64,000 bases of DNA from Mobula hypostoma (taxonomy: Eukaryota). The number at the start of each line of letters is the position of its first letter. Position 1 is the stretch's first letter. Of this stretch, positions 24,285-39,280 are shown piece after piece. The notes below the pieces were generated by a model. It ran no database searches. It was not told the DNA's origin and worked only from the letters and a program-made list of their open reading frames with translations. The stretch covers positions 157,482,001 to 157,546,000 of the forward strand of contig NC_086097.1 of NCBI RefSeq assembly GCF_963921235.1, given 5' to 3'. Made by a program: the position numbers and the translations under genes.

Positions 24285-27203
24285 TATTGTCCCCTACCTG
24301 ACTGATGTCTCAATTACTGTGACTGACTTAGCAGAAATATTCATACAATTGATTTTATCTTCCAAAACTTTGGAAATTGGTGGTCATATGTAATCACTAA
24401 CACCAACTCTACAAGGTTGCAGCAGTTCTGTATTATTTTCCCATACAGTTGCTGGATTTTTAGATTTTAAAAATTCTCCACAATAGCACAGCAGATAAAC
24501 ATGCTGTTTTAAGTAATTCCCAGTCATGTAGACCAGTGGATAGGTTGCAATTGACATTCTTATCTTGTGTTAGTTGGTTATATTTGTAGGTATCATCCTT
24601 GGTTCAATAAAACTCTTTGAATCAAATTATGTGTTCAAACACAGAACATAGAAACATAGAAGGCCTACAGCACAATACAGGCCCTTTGGTCACAATGCTG
24701 TGTCAAACATGTACTTACTTTAGAAATTACCTTGGGTTACCCATAGCTCTCTGCTTTTCTAAGCTCCATGTACCTATCCAGGGGTCTCTTAAAAGACCCT
24801 ATCGTATCCGCCTCCACCACCATCACCAGCAGCCCATTCCACACACTCACCACTCTCTGTGTAAAAAACTTACCCCTGACATCTCCTCTGTACTTCCAAG
24901 CACCTTAAAACTGTGCCTGCTGGAAATGCTACACACTGGAAATGCAGCACGGCTGGACACGCTGCCTTTCAGATGAAATTGAAACGAACAACTGCCTACC
25001 CTCTCACTGAGAATATGCATGTTCAAAGAGAAACTGGGATGTTCTCCTGGTGTTCTAGGCAACAGCAATCATTCAAACAACTGAACAATTTAGTTGGTCT
25101 GGTTGAGAGTCGGGGGAGTTGTTATGCTCTGTATTTGCAGTTTACCTAAGAGGTAACAGTGACAAAATGTATTTCAAAGTGGCCTTAAAGCAGTTTGAAC
25201 ATCAGAATATGAAAGATGCCTTCATCGGAAATTCATTCTCCCTTTCAATTAAAAGGCCTCTGCAGAAAAGCACAATTTCAAAAATAATGGTTACAAAATG
25301 GATTGCAAGTTTTCTGGTGATTTTAATAGCCAACCAAAGTGCCAACATTCATCATCTTTGCTTATATCTGTGGAATGACAAATTGGATGGAAAATGGATG
25401 ACCATCAGCATCGTCAGCAGCTTTGCGAGTGAAGAAAATTTGAAATGTGGCACACGAGATTGCAATCCTCAAGGACAAATGGAGCTACAAGCTTGGAGGC
25501 CACTTTGCTGAGAAATCAGTTAAAATTTTGAACAATAAACAAGTTAATGTTGTAGAGTTGATGGGTGGAAATAAAAGTTCAAGCCTGACATTGAGAGTAA
25601 GGAATCACTTTACTTACAGACATGTTTGACCTGCAGGGTCACAAGTGTATAATAACTTGTATTGTGCTGCAGATGGAATAGTATGAGTATGCTGTAAGTG
25701 TTGCAGACAACTTTAATTTCAAAACACTTCTCTGGACACGAAGTACACCATAACAGGATTGGATTATGCTTCCAAAATTCATAATGTCACAGGCAGAGTA
25801 TAATGTTCTGGTTCAGTGACTGCCATATTTAATACTATTGGTCTGGGTTAGATATCTAGGCAAATCAGATAACAAAGTGAGCTCCAGTGATGATAGTTTG
25901 AACAATCAAAGCCCATCATCCTTAATTTTAATTACCTCTCACGGCCCTGGAAATTCATTTACACACTGAAAGTGTTTTGAGGGGTCATTAACTTAATCTG
26001 ATAATTTTATTTTTTTCCATATATGTTCTAGACCAGCTGAATATTCTCAGAATTTTCTGCTTTTTGTTCTAACTTTGAATAACATCAGGATTTTATTTTT
26101 TACAATGTTGAATTCAATTTGCATTGATCCAGTATTTGCAATCAGCAGTTCACTACCTAAACCTACTATTCATCTCATTAACTTGCTCAGATATACCTTC
26201 GTGGTGGTAATCAGCAGTAAGATAATGTCTTGGATACTTTTGGGAAGATGTGGGGGTGTGGAGCGGTGGAGGAGGGCGAGGGATGAGAACAAGACTTTTC
26301 CAAAAACACCTGAAATAAACCTTTGATTGGTGCTTGGTCAGCTGCCAAAATTCTGAATATTTCTGGCATTCAGAAACACTCAAGTACTATTAAAATAATT
26401 AGTAATGTTTTTACAGTTTGCACTATTAAAATTTAAAAAAAATTAATTCAGAAACAACTCTATACTTTTCCCCAATGAAATGATCAGAGTATCTGTCCCT
26501 GCCCAATCGGGTGGTTTGCTCCATTGAATTCCATCCGTGAAAAGTGGCAAAGTTCTGCACTACAAATCTACCTCAATGCTGGACTATGCTGGGCGAAGAT
26601 GAACTGTCACAACCATGGGATTTCTATAAAAATGCATACGTTTTCAAATTGTGAACAATCAGCAAACAATTCCAGTACATAAAACTTTTAAAAATAATTC
26701 TCTCTTTATATAAAAGTATGCAGAAATAAATGTAGCAACTGTTGACAATTTGAAATAAAAATAGAAAACTTTCTTTAACCTTGAGTTTAACTTGTTTGAT
26801 TTTTTGATCTTCATTTTTTTTGGGGGCGGGGGCAGAATAGTCATCTGCTCTCAATTCTAAACTTCTCTCTCCAAATTTATAAATGCACCTTCTCAGAATC
26901 TGGCTGATGGTGAATCTTCACACTGAGAGAGTGATATACTTTTTATAGATCAGGTTTAATTTAAATATGAAAGGAAGTTAAGGATGCCCAGATTAGCTCC
27001 TTACGAGCAAGAGGGGTGGGGACTAGAAATGGAGCACACAAACAAAGCCATTGCTCCAGAGCTAGTCCGGAGGTCTGCCATTATTATCAAATGCACTGTC
27101 CTCCAAAAATGAATTTATGAAGCTAGATTATACTGGATAAGACAAAGGTTAAGGACTAAATACACTGAAAATAGAAAATACTATTCAGAAATCAGGCAAC
27201 ATA

Positions 27204-28401
27204 CACTGTGGCCACTTTATTAGGTACACCTACACATCTGCTCATTGATGCAAGGGATCACTCAACAACAATCGCTGCAAACAATAGCTTATAACTTCCC
27301 TTTCAAGCTGTGTTTCTAAACTGCCTGTACTACCTGGCATTTTTATTCTCTGGGGGATTCAGTGAACTGGAGCCTCGAAGGTACAGTGCCATTGCAGTGG
27401 CACTGAGGGGCCTAGGCCTGAGAGCGAGGAACAAGCCAATGTTTGGCCAATTTAAGCACTGGGCCAGATTGAACAGGTCAGCTACAGGCCAAATTGAGAC
27501 TGCAAGGCCTGGACTCAAGAGTGAGGAACAAGCCGATGTCTGACTGATTTTAGTTCAGGGGAAAATTGAAAAGGTCGGGGCCAAAGGCAAGTGTCAGGCT
27601 GCTGTTCAGCTCTCTGCTCCATGAGGTTTACTCATCTCTGCGCTGAAATTAGACCGTGGCCTGCAACTAAAGGGCTCTTGGAACGGCTTCAGTGATGAAC
27701 TGGCTTCAAGGTTATGGACTCACTTTTGTGAACTTTAGTTCTGAGTATTACTTACTTAATTCTAACTGTTTACAAAATTTGTTCTTTTTTTTTGCACAAT
27801 GAGTGTTTGACAGTCTTTTTATGTTCATGGGTCCTATTGGGTTTCTTTGTTTTTCTGACTGCCTGTATGACGATGAATTTCAAGGTTATATAGTATACAC
27901 AGATGATAAATATACTTTGAACTTTGAAATATCTAATCAGCCAATCATGTGGCAGCAACTCAATGTAGAAAAGCATGCAGACATGGTCAAGAGATGTTTG
28001 TTGTTCAGATTAGACATCAGAATGGGGAAGAAATGTGACCTGAGTGACTTTGACCATGGAATAATTTTGAGTATCGCAGAAACTGCTGATCTCTTGGGGT
28101 TTTCACGTACAACAATCTCTACAGTTTCCAAAAATGGTGCAAAAACCAGAAAAAAAAATCCAGTGAGCAACCGTTATGTACGCAAAAATGCCTTGTTAAT
28201 GACAGAGGTCAGAGGAGAATGGCTAGACTGGTTCAAGCTGACAGGAAGGTGATAGTAATGCAACTGACCACGCATTACAACAGCGGTGTGCCATACAGCA
28301 TCTCTGAATGCACAACACATCAATTCTTGAAGTGAATGCACTACAGCAGCAGAAGACCACATGGGTTCCACTCCTGTACCTAACAAAGTGGCCACTGAGT
28401 G
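27204..28401 (+). mobile_element. Internally deleted Tc1-like element interrupted by a retroelement fragment (about 27254-27927)
   Basis: TIRs cactgtggccactttattaggtaca / tgtacctaacaaagtggccactgagtg with TA flanks. HTH fragment MGKKCDLSDFDHG...SIAETADLLGFSRTTIS. The insert ends in a tttgaactttgaa tail. Confidence 0.8.
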
Positions 28402-28972
28402 TATGCAGCGAGCAACCAAGTTACTCCCCATTTCAGATTGATGATCTTTTCACGAAAAATGAGAAGACGGTGTCATATTTTAAGTTGCATAGAATAGGTG
28501 GTCATGGAGACAACAGAGCAAATGTCTGTGACAGTGGAAACCAACATTGTTTTTGAGAGGTCCCATGAAATTGGGCGATGTGCAGATTTTTTTGTTGCTG
28601 ACTGAGCAATATTTGTTGGGCAGCACAGGGAAATTTTTCTGCTTTTCTTCACTGGTTCTCTTACATTCATCCAAGAAGCAGGCTCTCAGTTTAACGTCTC
28701 AACGGAAAAGCAAACCTTCCCAGAGTATAGCCTTCCCACAGGATTGCATTCTCCATAAATTTCTGAAAGGGAGTTGAAGTCATAATCTCCCAGGCTAAGG
28801 CTAACACTTCCATGTATTAATAAATCACAACTATTTATCCACATTCCTGTAATTGAACATTTTTATTTTTCTTTGAATATCTGAAAATAACAGGATGAGA
28901 GTAATTTGGTTAAATGTCTAAAATCATCACATTAACATACATATGTGGTTTTCTGTTAAAAAATACACTTAC

Positions 28973-29075
28973 TTTATTTCTTGTCTGAGTTTGTCCTATC
29001 AGGATGAGAGCATTTGACGAAACGATTGACAGGCAGAAGTTTATTAAAATTACTGATCGCTCTGATCGAATATAC
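28973..29075 (-). CDS. ADGRB1: ADGRB1 exon encoding ICL1-TM2
   Basis: (R)[39 protein letters not shown] acceptor, GTAAGT donor, 103 nt; phase 2 start matches the previous exon. Confidence 0.95.
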
Positions 29076-30379
29076 CTGCAATGTACATTAAAAACATAAG
29101 TTACAATCTAAGGCATTACAAATGAAAGGTAACTGGACATGCAACCAACAGTTAGTCATATGTCTGAATAAGTTTTGCCAACAGACATCCTCGTCAGAAT
29201 AAAGTCCAATAAAAAATGGTTGGGGAAAACTGAAAGAACTTCTGACACCTTAGCTAAAATTGCAGACCCCAAAGCACGAGGAACATGTTAACTTAAGATT
29301 TTACTGAGAAGGTCATATTTGACAATCAAAGTTAATGGCTTTTATACAAATGTGGACAAATTGCCCTCTATCTCAACCCTATGGGATATTGGGTAGAAAG
29401 TCTGTCAAGTTCAACTGCTTGGCTACAAGTCCCTCAAGACTCAGACAAATATAGAATGAAGATCCCAAGTATAATTCTGAGTTTATGCTCAGCTTTCCAA
29501 TCTGAGCTAGTGATGACAGGATTTATTAATTGACCTCAGTATCTTAGAGAGATAAACAGCTGGCCAAATTACCCAGTACTATATGCATGTGTGAATGAGT
29601 GGTATCAATGGAAGCAAGTTAGTTGTAAAGCTAGCGGCATTCAAACACCTTGTTAACAATCAGCATTCTTATTTGTGAAAACTGTCCTTTTCAACCACCT
29701 TTGGTGTCCATGAAATAATTTTCACATAAGTTGCCTGAGCTTTCAGGAAGAACAGAGAACAAATTAGAAGGTAACAGGGAAAATGTTAATACAAAGTTTT
29801 TAAATAGAGTAGATTAAGACATGTTCACATGTCCTAGAAAATTTTCTGTCAGCGCAATTTTCTTTCTTCCTCTTGGGCCCATGAACATCATCACCAACAC
29901 AAACTCTGTTACCACAACTATCACCTGTATAGTTGGTTGAGGATTCCAAGACATAAAAAGTTTCCAAAATCAAGCTAAAACCTTCTCATTTTAATTCAAC
30001 TCTAGTGAACAAGAAAGAGATTTGTCAACCTCAAGCTAATCTCACCACTTAATGGTTTCATTGGTGATCGATTTGACTATCAATTATATGATAGACTGGT
30101 GATTACACAGAACACCAAAACTGATCTTGAAATCAAAATACTCAAGAATCATATAATTTTAATCCAGGAGTAGATGACACGTTATCGTCCATAAATAGTC
30201 AGAAATCATCAAAACAAGCCCTTCAGCACTCTGTCCACTCTGATGTTCAAGCACTTAAAAATACTAATACCATTTTATCCTTCCCAGATTTCTATCAATA
30301 TCCTGACTGTCACCACTAACCCACTCCAAACCCAATTTCACTACATACATAGACACTGGGAACAATTTACAACTACCAA

Positions 30380-31230
30380 TCCTCCACATCCAACACATCA
30401 TTCTCCACAGCTTCTGCCGCCTTCAATGATATTGTACCATCAAGCAGACCTTTACCTCTCCCCCACTCTCTGGTTTGCACAGGGATCGCTTGCTCCATGA
30501 TTCCCTTGTCCATTCTCCCTCCAGGCACGTATCCCTGAAAGTGACAGAAATGCTACACCTATCCATTTGCCTCCTCCATCACCTCCGTTCATGATCTCAA
30601 ACAGTCTTTCCAGGTGTGACAGCACCACTTTCAAGTCTGTTGGGGTCATCTACTGTATCCAGTGCTCTCGACACGGCCTACTCTATGACACATGAGACCC
30701 AACGTAAATTGGGGTCTGCTTTGTCAAACATCTTGACTCCATCCCCAAAAAGTCAAATTTCCCAGTGGCCATATATTTTAATTCCTATCCCCTTTCTTAT
30801 TCCAGCATGTCAATCCATGGCCTTCTCTTCTGTCATGATGAGGCCACTCCCAGTGTGGAGAAGTAACACCAACATATTTCATCTAGGTAGCTTTCACCCT
30901 AATGGCATGAACATCAGTCTCTCCTTCTAGTAATTTTTTTCTCTCTTCTTTTATTCTCTACTCTGGCCACCTACCCCATCTTCTCACCTGCCTAGCACTT
31001 CCCCTGGTGCCTTTTCCTTTGCAGTTTACCTTTTCCACCTATTACCTCCCAGCTTATCACTTTACCCCTTCCTCCACTCACCTGGCTTCACCTATCACTT
31101 TCTAGCATGTTCTCCCTCCCTCAGCACCACCTACATTTTTATTCTGACATCTCTCCCTTCCTTTTCAGTCCTGATAAGCGGTCTCGGCCTGAATCATTGA
31201 CCATTTACTCCTCTCCATAGATGCTGTCTA
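30380..31230 (+). mobile_element. Old Penelope-like 3' fragment (GIY-YIG region, 3' UTR, decayed hammerhead)
   Basis: Colinear with 50880-51830; agtcctgataagcggtctcggcctgaatc near 31167. Confidence 0.75.
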
Positions 31231-31584
31231 AACTGTTAATTTAATAATAGTCACAAGACTCACAAATGCACAATAATTTACCTACTCAGTGGATGATTGT
31301 ATAGGTGCAAGTCAGTTTTTAATGCCTAACCTGACTTGAATTGAACTGATCTTCAAAAAATAGCTTCTACCCCTCTGCCATCAGATTTATGAACAGTTGA
31401 TAAATCCTTTATTAATCCTATTATTCCTCTATTTATTTATTTTTGTAAGTTATAGTCATTTTCTGTCTCTGGACTGTACTGCTGTTGCCAAAGCAGAAAC
31501 TTCTTGCAATTTAGAGACAGTAAATCTGATCCTGAATCTGATTTCTGATTCTTTAGTGTCAGTAAAGAACAAAACAAATTCCCT

Positions 31585-33360
31585 CAACCATTAGGCTCTT
31601 GAACCGGAAGGGATAATTTCACCTAACCTCACTCGCCCCATCACTAAGTTGTTCCCACAACCTACGGACTCACTTTCAAGGGCTTTTCATCTCATGTTCT
31701 TGATACTTACTGTTTATTTATTATTATTATTATTTTATTTTTCTTCTGTATTTGCACCATTTGTTGTCCTTTGCATATTGTTTGTTCCTGTTGGGTGCGG
31801 TCATTTATTGATTCCATTGTGTTTCATGGATTTACTGTGTATGCCCACAAGAAAACTAATCTCAGAGTTATATATCGTGACATATATGTACTTTGATAAT
31901 AAATTTACTTCAAACTTTTGAACTTTGAACATTGAGCTGATTATGGAATTTGACAGTAGGTGGACACAACAAATTTCCTTCCTCAAGAGTGTTATTAAAC
32001 TAGTTTTTATGACAATCCAGCAGTTTATGGTCAATACTAAATAAGTGAATATTTATTCCAGATTTGATTTTGAATTCATATTTCTTCTATAATCAGTTTA
32101 AATTCATGATTTCTGGTACAAAGAGTTAACACTGTGCAGTAGGATTTTCTATATTGCAAAATGTCCTTTCTACAGAATTCATGTTACTCATCATCAGAAC
32201 TGTTTTCTAGTTTGCAGCACTTCCTGGAATTTAACTTATCATATTATCTCTGCCTTATCTTCTTTACTGAAAATACATAACTGAAACCAGTGGTCCAATT
32301 TTGAAACTCAAGGATATACCTCTGTTGTCCACTTTTTCTAATTCCAAATAAATTTTCTTCATTTCTGGTTTAATCCTAGATTCTCATGATCTCATTCCTA
32401 TATGACTGCCAGGATCGATTCAAGCTGTGCAAATATTATAACCAATACGAATTGGTCCTGGAGCCTCCCTAAGCTACCCTTACTGATCAAACATCTTCTC
32501 ACCTGCTGGGCTATCTGTGAATCATCTAGAATAAAAAGTCGTTATCTATCAAAACATGTGACTGCTGTGCCAGGGCTAAATTTGAAACTTGAAATATAAC
32601 TATCTTGTGATTTGTGATAAGATGAGATGTTCCTTCTACCTCTTTATCCCTCCAACGAAGTCTACACTAGAGCATAATCTCTTTTCCTCAGCTAGTTGCT
32701 CGCACTTCAAGTTAAATGCATGTACCAAAGGCTGTGTGCATTTGTCATTTGAAATAGAAGCAGTTGTGTGCATTCAAAATTAGGCAGACTAGTTGAGTGA
32801 TTTTATGAAACATTCCACAATGTGTTATAAAGAATTACAGAATCCAATATCTTAATTCATTATCTGCATGAAACGCTGTCACAGGAAAGCAGCATTCATC
32901 ATCAAGGGCTAACACCACCCAGGACGTGCTCTCTTCTCACTACTGCCATCAGGAAGAAGGTGCCGGAGCCTCAGGAGCCACACTACCAGGTTCAGGAACA
33001 GTTATTACCCATCAACAATCAGGCTGTTGGACCAAAGGGGGATAACTTTACTCAACATCACTTGTCCCATCACTGAAATGTTCCCACAACCAATGGACTC
33101 ACTTTCAAAAACTCTTCATCTCATCTCATGTTCTCAAAATGTATTGCTTATTTATTTACTAAATGATTATTATTTATTTTTGTACTTGCACAGTTTGTGA
33201 CTTCTGAACTCTGGTTGAATGCCCAAGTTGGGTGGTCTTTTATCGATTCTGTTACTGTTATTAGTCTATAGATTTATAGAGTATGCCCACAAGAAAATGA
33301 ATCTCAGTGTTGTATATGGTGACATTCATGTACTTTGATAATAGATTTACTTTGAACTTA
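31585..33360 (+). repeat. Two LINE 3'-tail copies ending in ...ataaatttactttgaactttg (31585-31930 and 32880-33360)
   Basis: The same tail also occurs near 8220-8302, 12435-12555 and 27860-27927. Confidence 0.7.
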
Positions 33361-33375
33361 ATCCAATGCTTAATT

Positions 33376-34556
33376 TTTAGAAGGCCTTTGACAAGGTGCC
33401 ACACATGAGGCTGCTAAACAAGATAAGAGCCCATGGAATTACAGGAAAGTTACATACGTGGATAGAGCATTGGCTGATTGGCAGGAAACAGAGAGTGGGA
33501 ATAAAGGGATCCTATTCTGGTTGGCTGCCGGTTACCAGTGGTGTTCCACAGGGGTCCGTGTTGGGGCCGCTTCTTTTTACGTTGTACATCAATGATTTGG
33601 ATTATGGAATAGATGACTTTGTGGCTAAGTTTGCTGATGATACAAAGATAGGTGGAGGGGCCAGTAGTGCTGAGGAAACAGAGAGTCTGCAGAGAGACTT
33701 GGATAGATTGGGAGAATGGGCAAAGAAGTGGCAAATGAAATACAATGTTGGAAAGTGTACGGTTAAGCACTTTGGTAGAAGAAATAAACGGCAGACTATT
33801 ATTTAAATGGGGAAAGAATTCAAAGTTCTGAGATGCAATGGGACTTGGGAGTCCTCATGCAGAATACCCTTAAGGTTAACCTCCAGGTTGAGTCGGTGGT
33901 GAAGAAGGCTAATGCAATGTTGGCATTCATTTCTAGAGGAATAGAGTATAGGAGCAGGGATGTGATGTTGAGGCTCTATAAGGTGCTGGTGAGACCTCAC
34001 TTGGAGTACTGTGTGCAGTTTTGGTCTCCTTATTTAAGAAAGGATGTGCTGATGTTGGAGAGGGTACAGAGAAGATTCACTAGAATGATTCCGGGAATGA
34101 CAGGGTTAACATATGAGGACCGTTTGATCGCTCTTGGACTGTACTCCTTGGAGTTTAGAAGAATGAGGGGGGACCTCATAGAAACATTTCGAATGTTGAA
34201 AGGCATGGACCAAGTGGATGTGGCAAAGTTGTTCCCCATGGTGGAGGAGTCTAGTACGAGAGGGCATGACTTAAGGATTGAAGGGCACCCATTCAGAATG
34301 GAGATGCAAATAAATTTTTTTAGCCAGAGGGTGGTGAATCTGTGGAATTTGTTGTCACGGGCGGCAGTGGAGGTGAAGTCATTGGGTGTATTTAAGGCAG
34401 AAATTGATAGGTATCTGAGTAGCCAGGGCATCAAAGGTTATGGTGAGAAGGTGGGAGAGTGGGACTAAATGGGAGAATGGATCAGCTTATGATAAAATGG
34501 CGGAGCAGACTCAATGGGCCGAATGGCCAATTTCTGCTCCTTTGTCTTATGGTCTT
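33376..34556 (+). mobile_element. CR1-clade LINE 3' part (RT), relatively young
   Basis: SGVPQGSVLGPLLF, KFADDTK, LVRPHLEYCVQFW; one frameshift; 3' tail ...ttatggtctta. Confidence 0.92.
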
Positions 34557-35851
34557 ACCTAACAGCTTTTTTATACGTGGTATGAACTCTGTTTACTAAA
34601 ATTCTGCTCTTGAAACCCTTTCCCTTACTATTGTTCTGGCTATTTCAAGAATTAGTAATTCGATACCACCTACCCCTACTCCACCAAAGAGGCACAGTTA
34701 ATTTGCCCCCTCCATTATTTTGTCCATTTTTATATCCTGCCTCCTCCCTTGTTATCTCTGATCCCTTAATACATGTGCCTCTCCCATCCTTCCCTGATAT
34801 CAACTGTCTAGTCAGCAGCCTAGGTATCAAATTCCATACAGTTCTGCCATTCTTTATTTAAGCTTTACCTATTGGTCTGTATCTGTAATTAACAAAGCCC
34901 TGAAAATCACTAAGACTTCCTAATATAATTTGCTGCAAAAGTCAAATTAATGTCAAGTACATTTTTTTCAGTGGCCCAATCCTGTCCACCAAAAGAATAC
35001 TATTAACATTTTACACTTCAGGGTTGTATTTCATATTAGTTCAGTCCTAAGAAGCCAGTAAAAAAATTTTTAAAAAGCTGATTTTTCCTAATTCGGAGTT
35101 TTAGGTGAGAACAATCAGAAAATGCATTAAGGAGAATTAAAGCTAAATTTGAATTTCTATTAAACCACTTGTCACTGTGACACAGATATGCAGCCAAATG
35201 AAACACTATTTTACCACAAGGCACAATTCGAAATTGCTCAATTTTTCTTCTGCATGTCCAATAGCGCACACTTAGAACACGTTATAGATTAAAACAATGA
35301 AAAAAACTGGACCAAGTAGAAAAACTACATCTGAACTACAAGCAGACTAACAAACCCTAACAATACAAGAGAGGAGAGCCTTCTTCATTTAATACAATCA
35401 CGGCAAATCTATCTTAACAGCTTTCCATCCCAAAATCAACAACTTCCCTGGATTCCAAAAATTTTCCTTTGAAAATGAAAATTCCGCTGATTCACAAACT
35501 GAATCCACCAAATCTCCATCGCAAATGTCCAAATCATCCCGAGATTAATATTTCCTAGTTATACATTTCCAGTCAAACAAAACAATTTTCATCATACAGT
35601 ACACAATTCCTTCAGAAATGTTCAAAGCAATTCAAAAATTTAATAAAGTGACTTAGAAAAACTCTCAAAAAGCTTAATTAATTTCTTTTTAGTAACATAT
35701 TCCATCAAAATCTATGCTGCATCAACAGAACACTTAAGGACTGAATCAAAAACTGGAAATTATTACAGGATCTGTGACTGCACATCACCCCATATCGTAG
35801 TTTACAAGCTGCAATCCAGATAATTAAAATAGCAAAGTTGTTTATTATTAC

Positions 35852-35955
35852 CTCCAGACAGATACATAAATTATTATTAACAACAGGAGAGTCAATGAGG
35901 AAACTCCACAACCAACGATCAGAGTGACTGAAGGTAGAATCACTTTGTCCATGTT
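35852..35955 (-). CDS. ADGRB1: ADGRB1 exon encoding TM1
   Basis: [34 protein letters not shown](R). TTTCTTCTAG acceptor, GTAAT donor, 104 nt; phase 0 start matches the GPS exon. Confidence 0.95.
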
Positions 35956-38939
35956 CTAGAAGAAAGTCAGAGAAAGCAAACAGTGAGATATTATGGTTAT
36001 CAGTGAAACAGTTCAGGCAAGGATTTGGCAGTAATATATTTTAAATTAAGGCAGACTTGTTTTTTCCAAACTAATTTTCATGACTTATTTGAAACAATAC
36101 TTTGTCTTTAATATTTTAATGTCACAGCTTGTCCATCCAGGAAAGACAAGCCCAGCCTATTCAATCCCTCCCTGGAACTGAAGTCCTTGAATCCAGGCAT
36201 GATCTTGATTCGCCTCCTCTGCCGTCTCTCCAATACAATCACATTCTTAAAGGTTCCCTTAAAGATAAGATGTTGGACTATGTAGTCTTTAGATATGTTT
36301 GGTTCCTAAAATACAAAGAAAGCACCGATATTTGCTGATGATTGATGCTCTTGATAGAAGTAACAACAAACCAAATTCTGTCCTATGGTACAGTTTAACG
36401 GTTTTGCCCTAAGGCAGTGACTCATGCCTGTCAACTCACAATGACATTGCCTTTTAGTTTAGCTTATGTCTCCAGGGTATTCAACTGTCAAATGTGTCAC
36501 TACAAGGTCTGATGTTCTTGCTTCCAATACTTCATGTAAGTGCATTTTCCATCATCAGCTGAATTAGATACATGGACCTCAGCTGACTTTTAGATAAGGT
36601 GCTGTCAAACACTTCTGCAACTGAGGTCGAACTTACTCAACACCAAACCAGGAATCAAACCAAACTCTTTGTTTCCCCTCAATTCAGCTTGAAGCCTAAT
36701 CAGCTACATGCCGTGTCTTTTAAATTTAAAACAAAGACTACTCAGAGTAGAGGCATTTAACCCTCTACTTACAAGTCCCTGACATGCCTAAATTCCCAAT
36801 CATACACTGTGATCAGTTGGAAATACTAACCCTAAATTAATTCTATATCAGAAGAAAGGGAAAATCCCACAAGAAATTGCATATTCTTGTTGGCCTATTC
36901 TGAATATCATTGGACAAGTCTGAAGTTGGGCTAGATGATGTTTTATCAAAAATGGAGCTGATAATCTGATAGCAGCTGAAAATACTATATAACTGCCTGA
37001 TCAATGTGCTATAAATCTACATCCATTAGCAACATAATAAGAAACTTGCATCTCTAGACTCTTCCAGTCAGTTTTAAATTATAAGTTCTTAAATACACAT
37101 TCACTTAACACACTGAACTGCAGTTGTGTCTTCATCCCATCTGCACCCCCGCCTTTAGTGTGGGTGCTCCAGTGCCAACATTATAAGGGTGGTATAATTA
37201 TAGTGTGACAATGATGAATTTGGCAGAGAAAACTATAACTAAGATATAAAAATAAGTGCATAATACTGATTGCTTTGTCTGTGCACCCCAATGCAACTGT
37301 TTCCCAACATGCTTCAGCTAGAGGCTGTTCTGGGTCTAATTTCCGTCTATTTTGTTAAGTAACATAAAAATAAACTCATCACAATTTTGATATTTCACAC
37401 ACTGTTACAATGAAAATTATGTTAACAGAAGAGGGCAAGCTAGTTATAACCTAAACCCTAAGAATTAAAGGCAGCTGAGCGACATAAGCAGCATTCTATG
37501 AACTTGCAATTTCCTGGAATTTTAAAGGTGCAGGCAAATTGATAGCTAAACCTCACACCACACTTCAGACTGTACATTGCCCATAGGAAATTTTTGGCTA
37601 CATGACATTCATCAAAAACCATTCTATCTTTTTAAGACTGAATTTTAAACAATAAGATAACAGAAGGAAGACATAGGTTAACTAATAATTAATGGACTGA
37701 TGATTGGAATGCCATTCCTGGTCAACAAGTCACATTCTGCATTGGAAACGAATACTTGAGGAGGATTACAGTGTACCACTACTACTATATAGCATCTTTA
37801 GTGCTACCAACGGAGAATGACTCGTCTGTATTTTTCTTTATATTTATAATTTGGATAAACTTCTTTCAACCTTTGCTTCTGTCTAAGATCAGTCACCATA
37901 TTGAAAATGGAGACTATGGCCCCTGTGTGTATGTTGAAAGATGGTTTGTAATCTCATTGCTCATTTCTCCTAAATTCCTTGCTTTGATTAGGTTGATAAA
38001 CGTGCCTGTCAGTCCCCAATATGCACTTTTACAGTCTAATAAAAGAAGTAGCTAGATAAATGGCATGTTTTCAACCAATTTTCTGAAGATAATTTCTGCT
38101 TCACATTTTCCATTCACTATATCTTGAGAGCGAAAGCCCACTTAATGATTAACATCACAATTGCAACAGAAGTAATCTATGTCATAAACTCTGTGATTAT
38201 CATTCTACATTGTACAGTAATGCACAAATATAATTCTATATCAATTCAAAAGGGAAGATATACAGTAATAGTTTCAAAGCTAATATTTGCCAAATTGCAT
38301 CTAGTTATTCTAAAAGCAAATAAAGCTGATCCCTCTAGTGAAGATTAAATGCATTGGATTCTTATTTGCATAAATAATGAGTAAAATGAACACAATTCCA
38401 TCTGATAAATAATGCAAGCTGCTCCTAGGTAAGCATTTTATTGATGCCCTGGTTTTGATTATACTACACGTGAAAATCACCTTACAATGTAGGATGCATA
38501 ATAAAACTGAGAGCCATGACTAACATAAAGATTAAAGAGAAGATCCAAAAAAGGCAACCAAGTGCTGGAGTTGTACAGCACAGAAATGAGGCTCACAGTC
38601 CAACACGTTCATGCTGACCATTTTCCCCATCTGCACAATTTACATTTACCTATATTATATTAGGTCTGTATGGTTTTGCCTATTTAGGTGTAGCAACAAA
38701 GAAAATGGGTATCATATTAGTTTGAAAGCTAACACAAAAGGAAGCCCAAACATTGTAAAAATATGAAAAGGGTCAAAAGAACGATGGGGGCAACCAGGGA
38801 TCAATAATATCTAACATAGAACAGGACAGCACAGCATGGGCCCTTTGGCCTACAATACCGTGCTAACCAATGTAAACCTACTCCACGATCATTCCCTTCT
38901 ACACAGCCTATTATTCTCCATTTTTCTAATATAAATAAG

Positions 38940-39280
38940 ATCATAAGATATAGGAGCCAAATTAGGCCATTTGCCATCGAGTCTGCTCCGTCATTTCATC
39001 ATCACATTCCCTCCAAACCCCAATCTCCTGCCTTCTCCTGGTATACCTTCATGCCCTGACTAATCAAGAATCTATCAACCTCTGTATTAAGTATACCTAA
39101 TGATTTGGCCTACACAGCTGCCTGTGTCAACAAATTCCACAGATTTGCCACTCTGTGGCTAAAGAAATTCCTCCTCATCTCTGTTCTAAAAGGATGTCCC
39201 TCTATTCTGAGGCTGTGTCCTCTGGTCTTACCTCACCCACCACAAGAAACATCCTCTCCACATCTACTCTGTTGAGGCCA
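38940..39280 (-). mobile_element. CR1 3'-end fragment
   Basis: Colinear with 3735-4070 and 4330-4670. Confidence 0.75.
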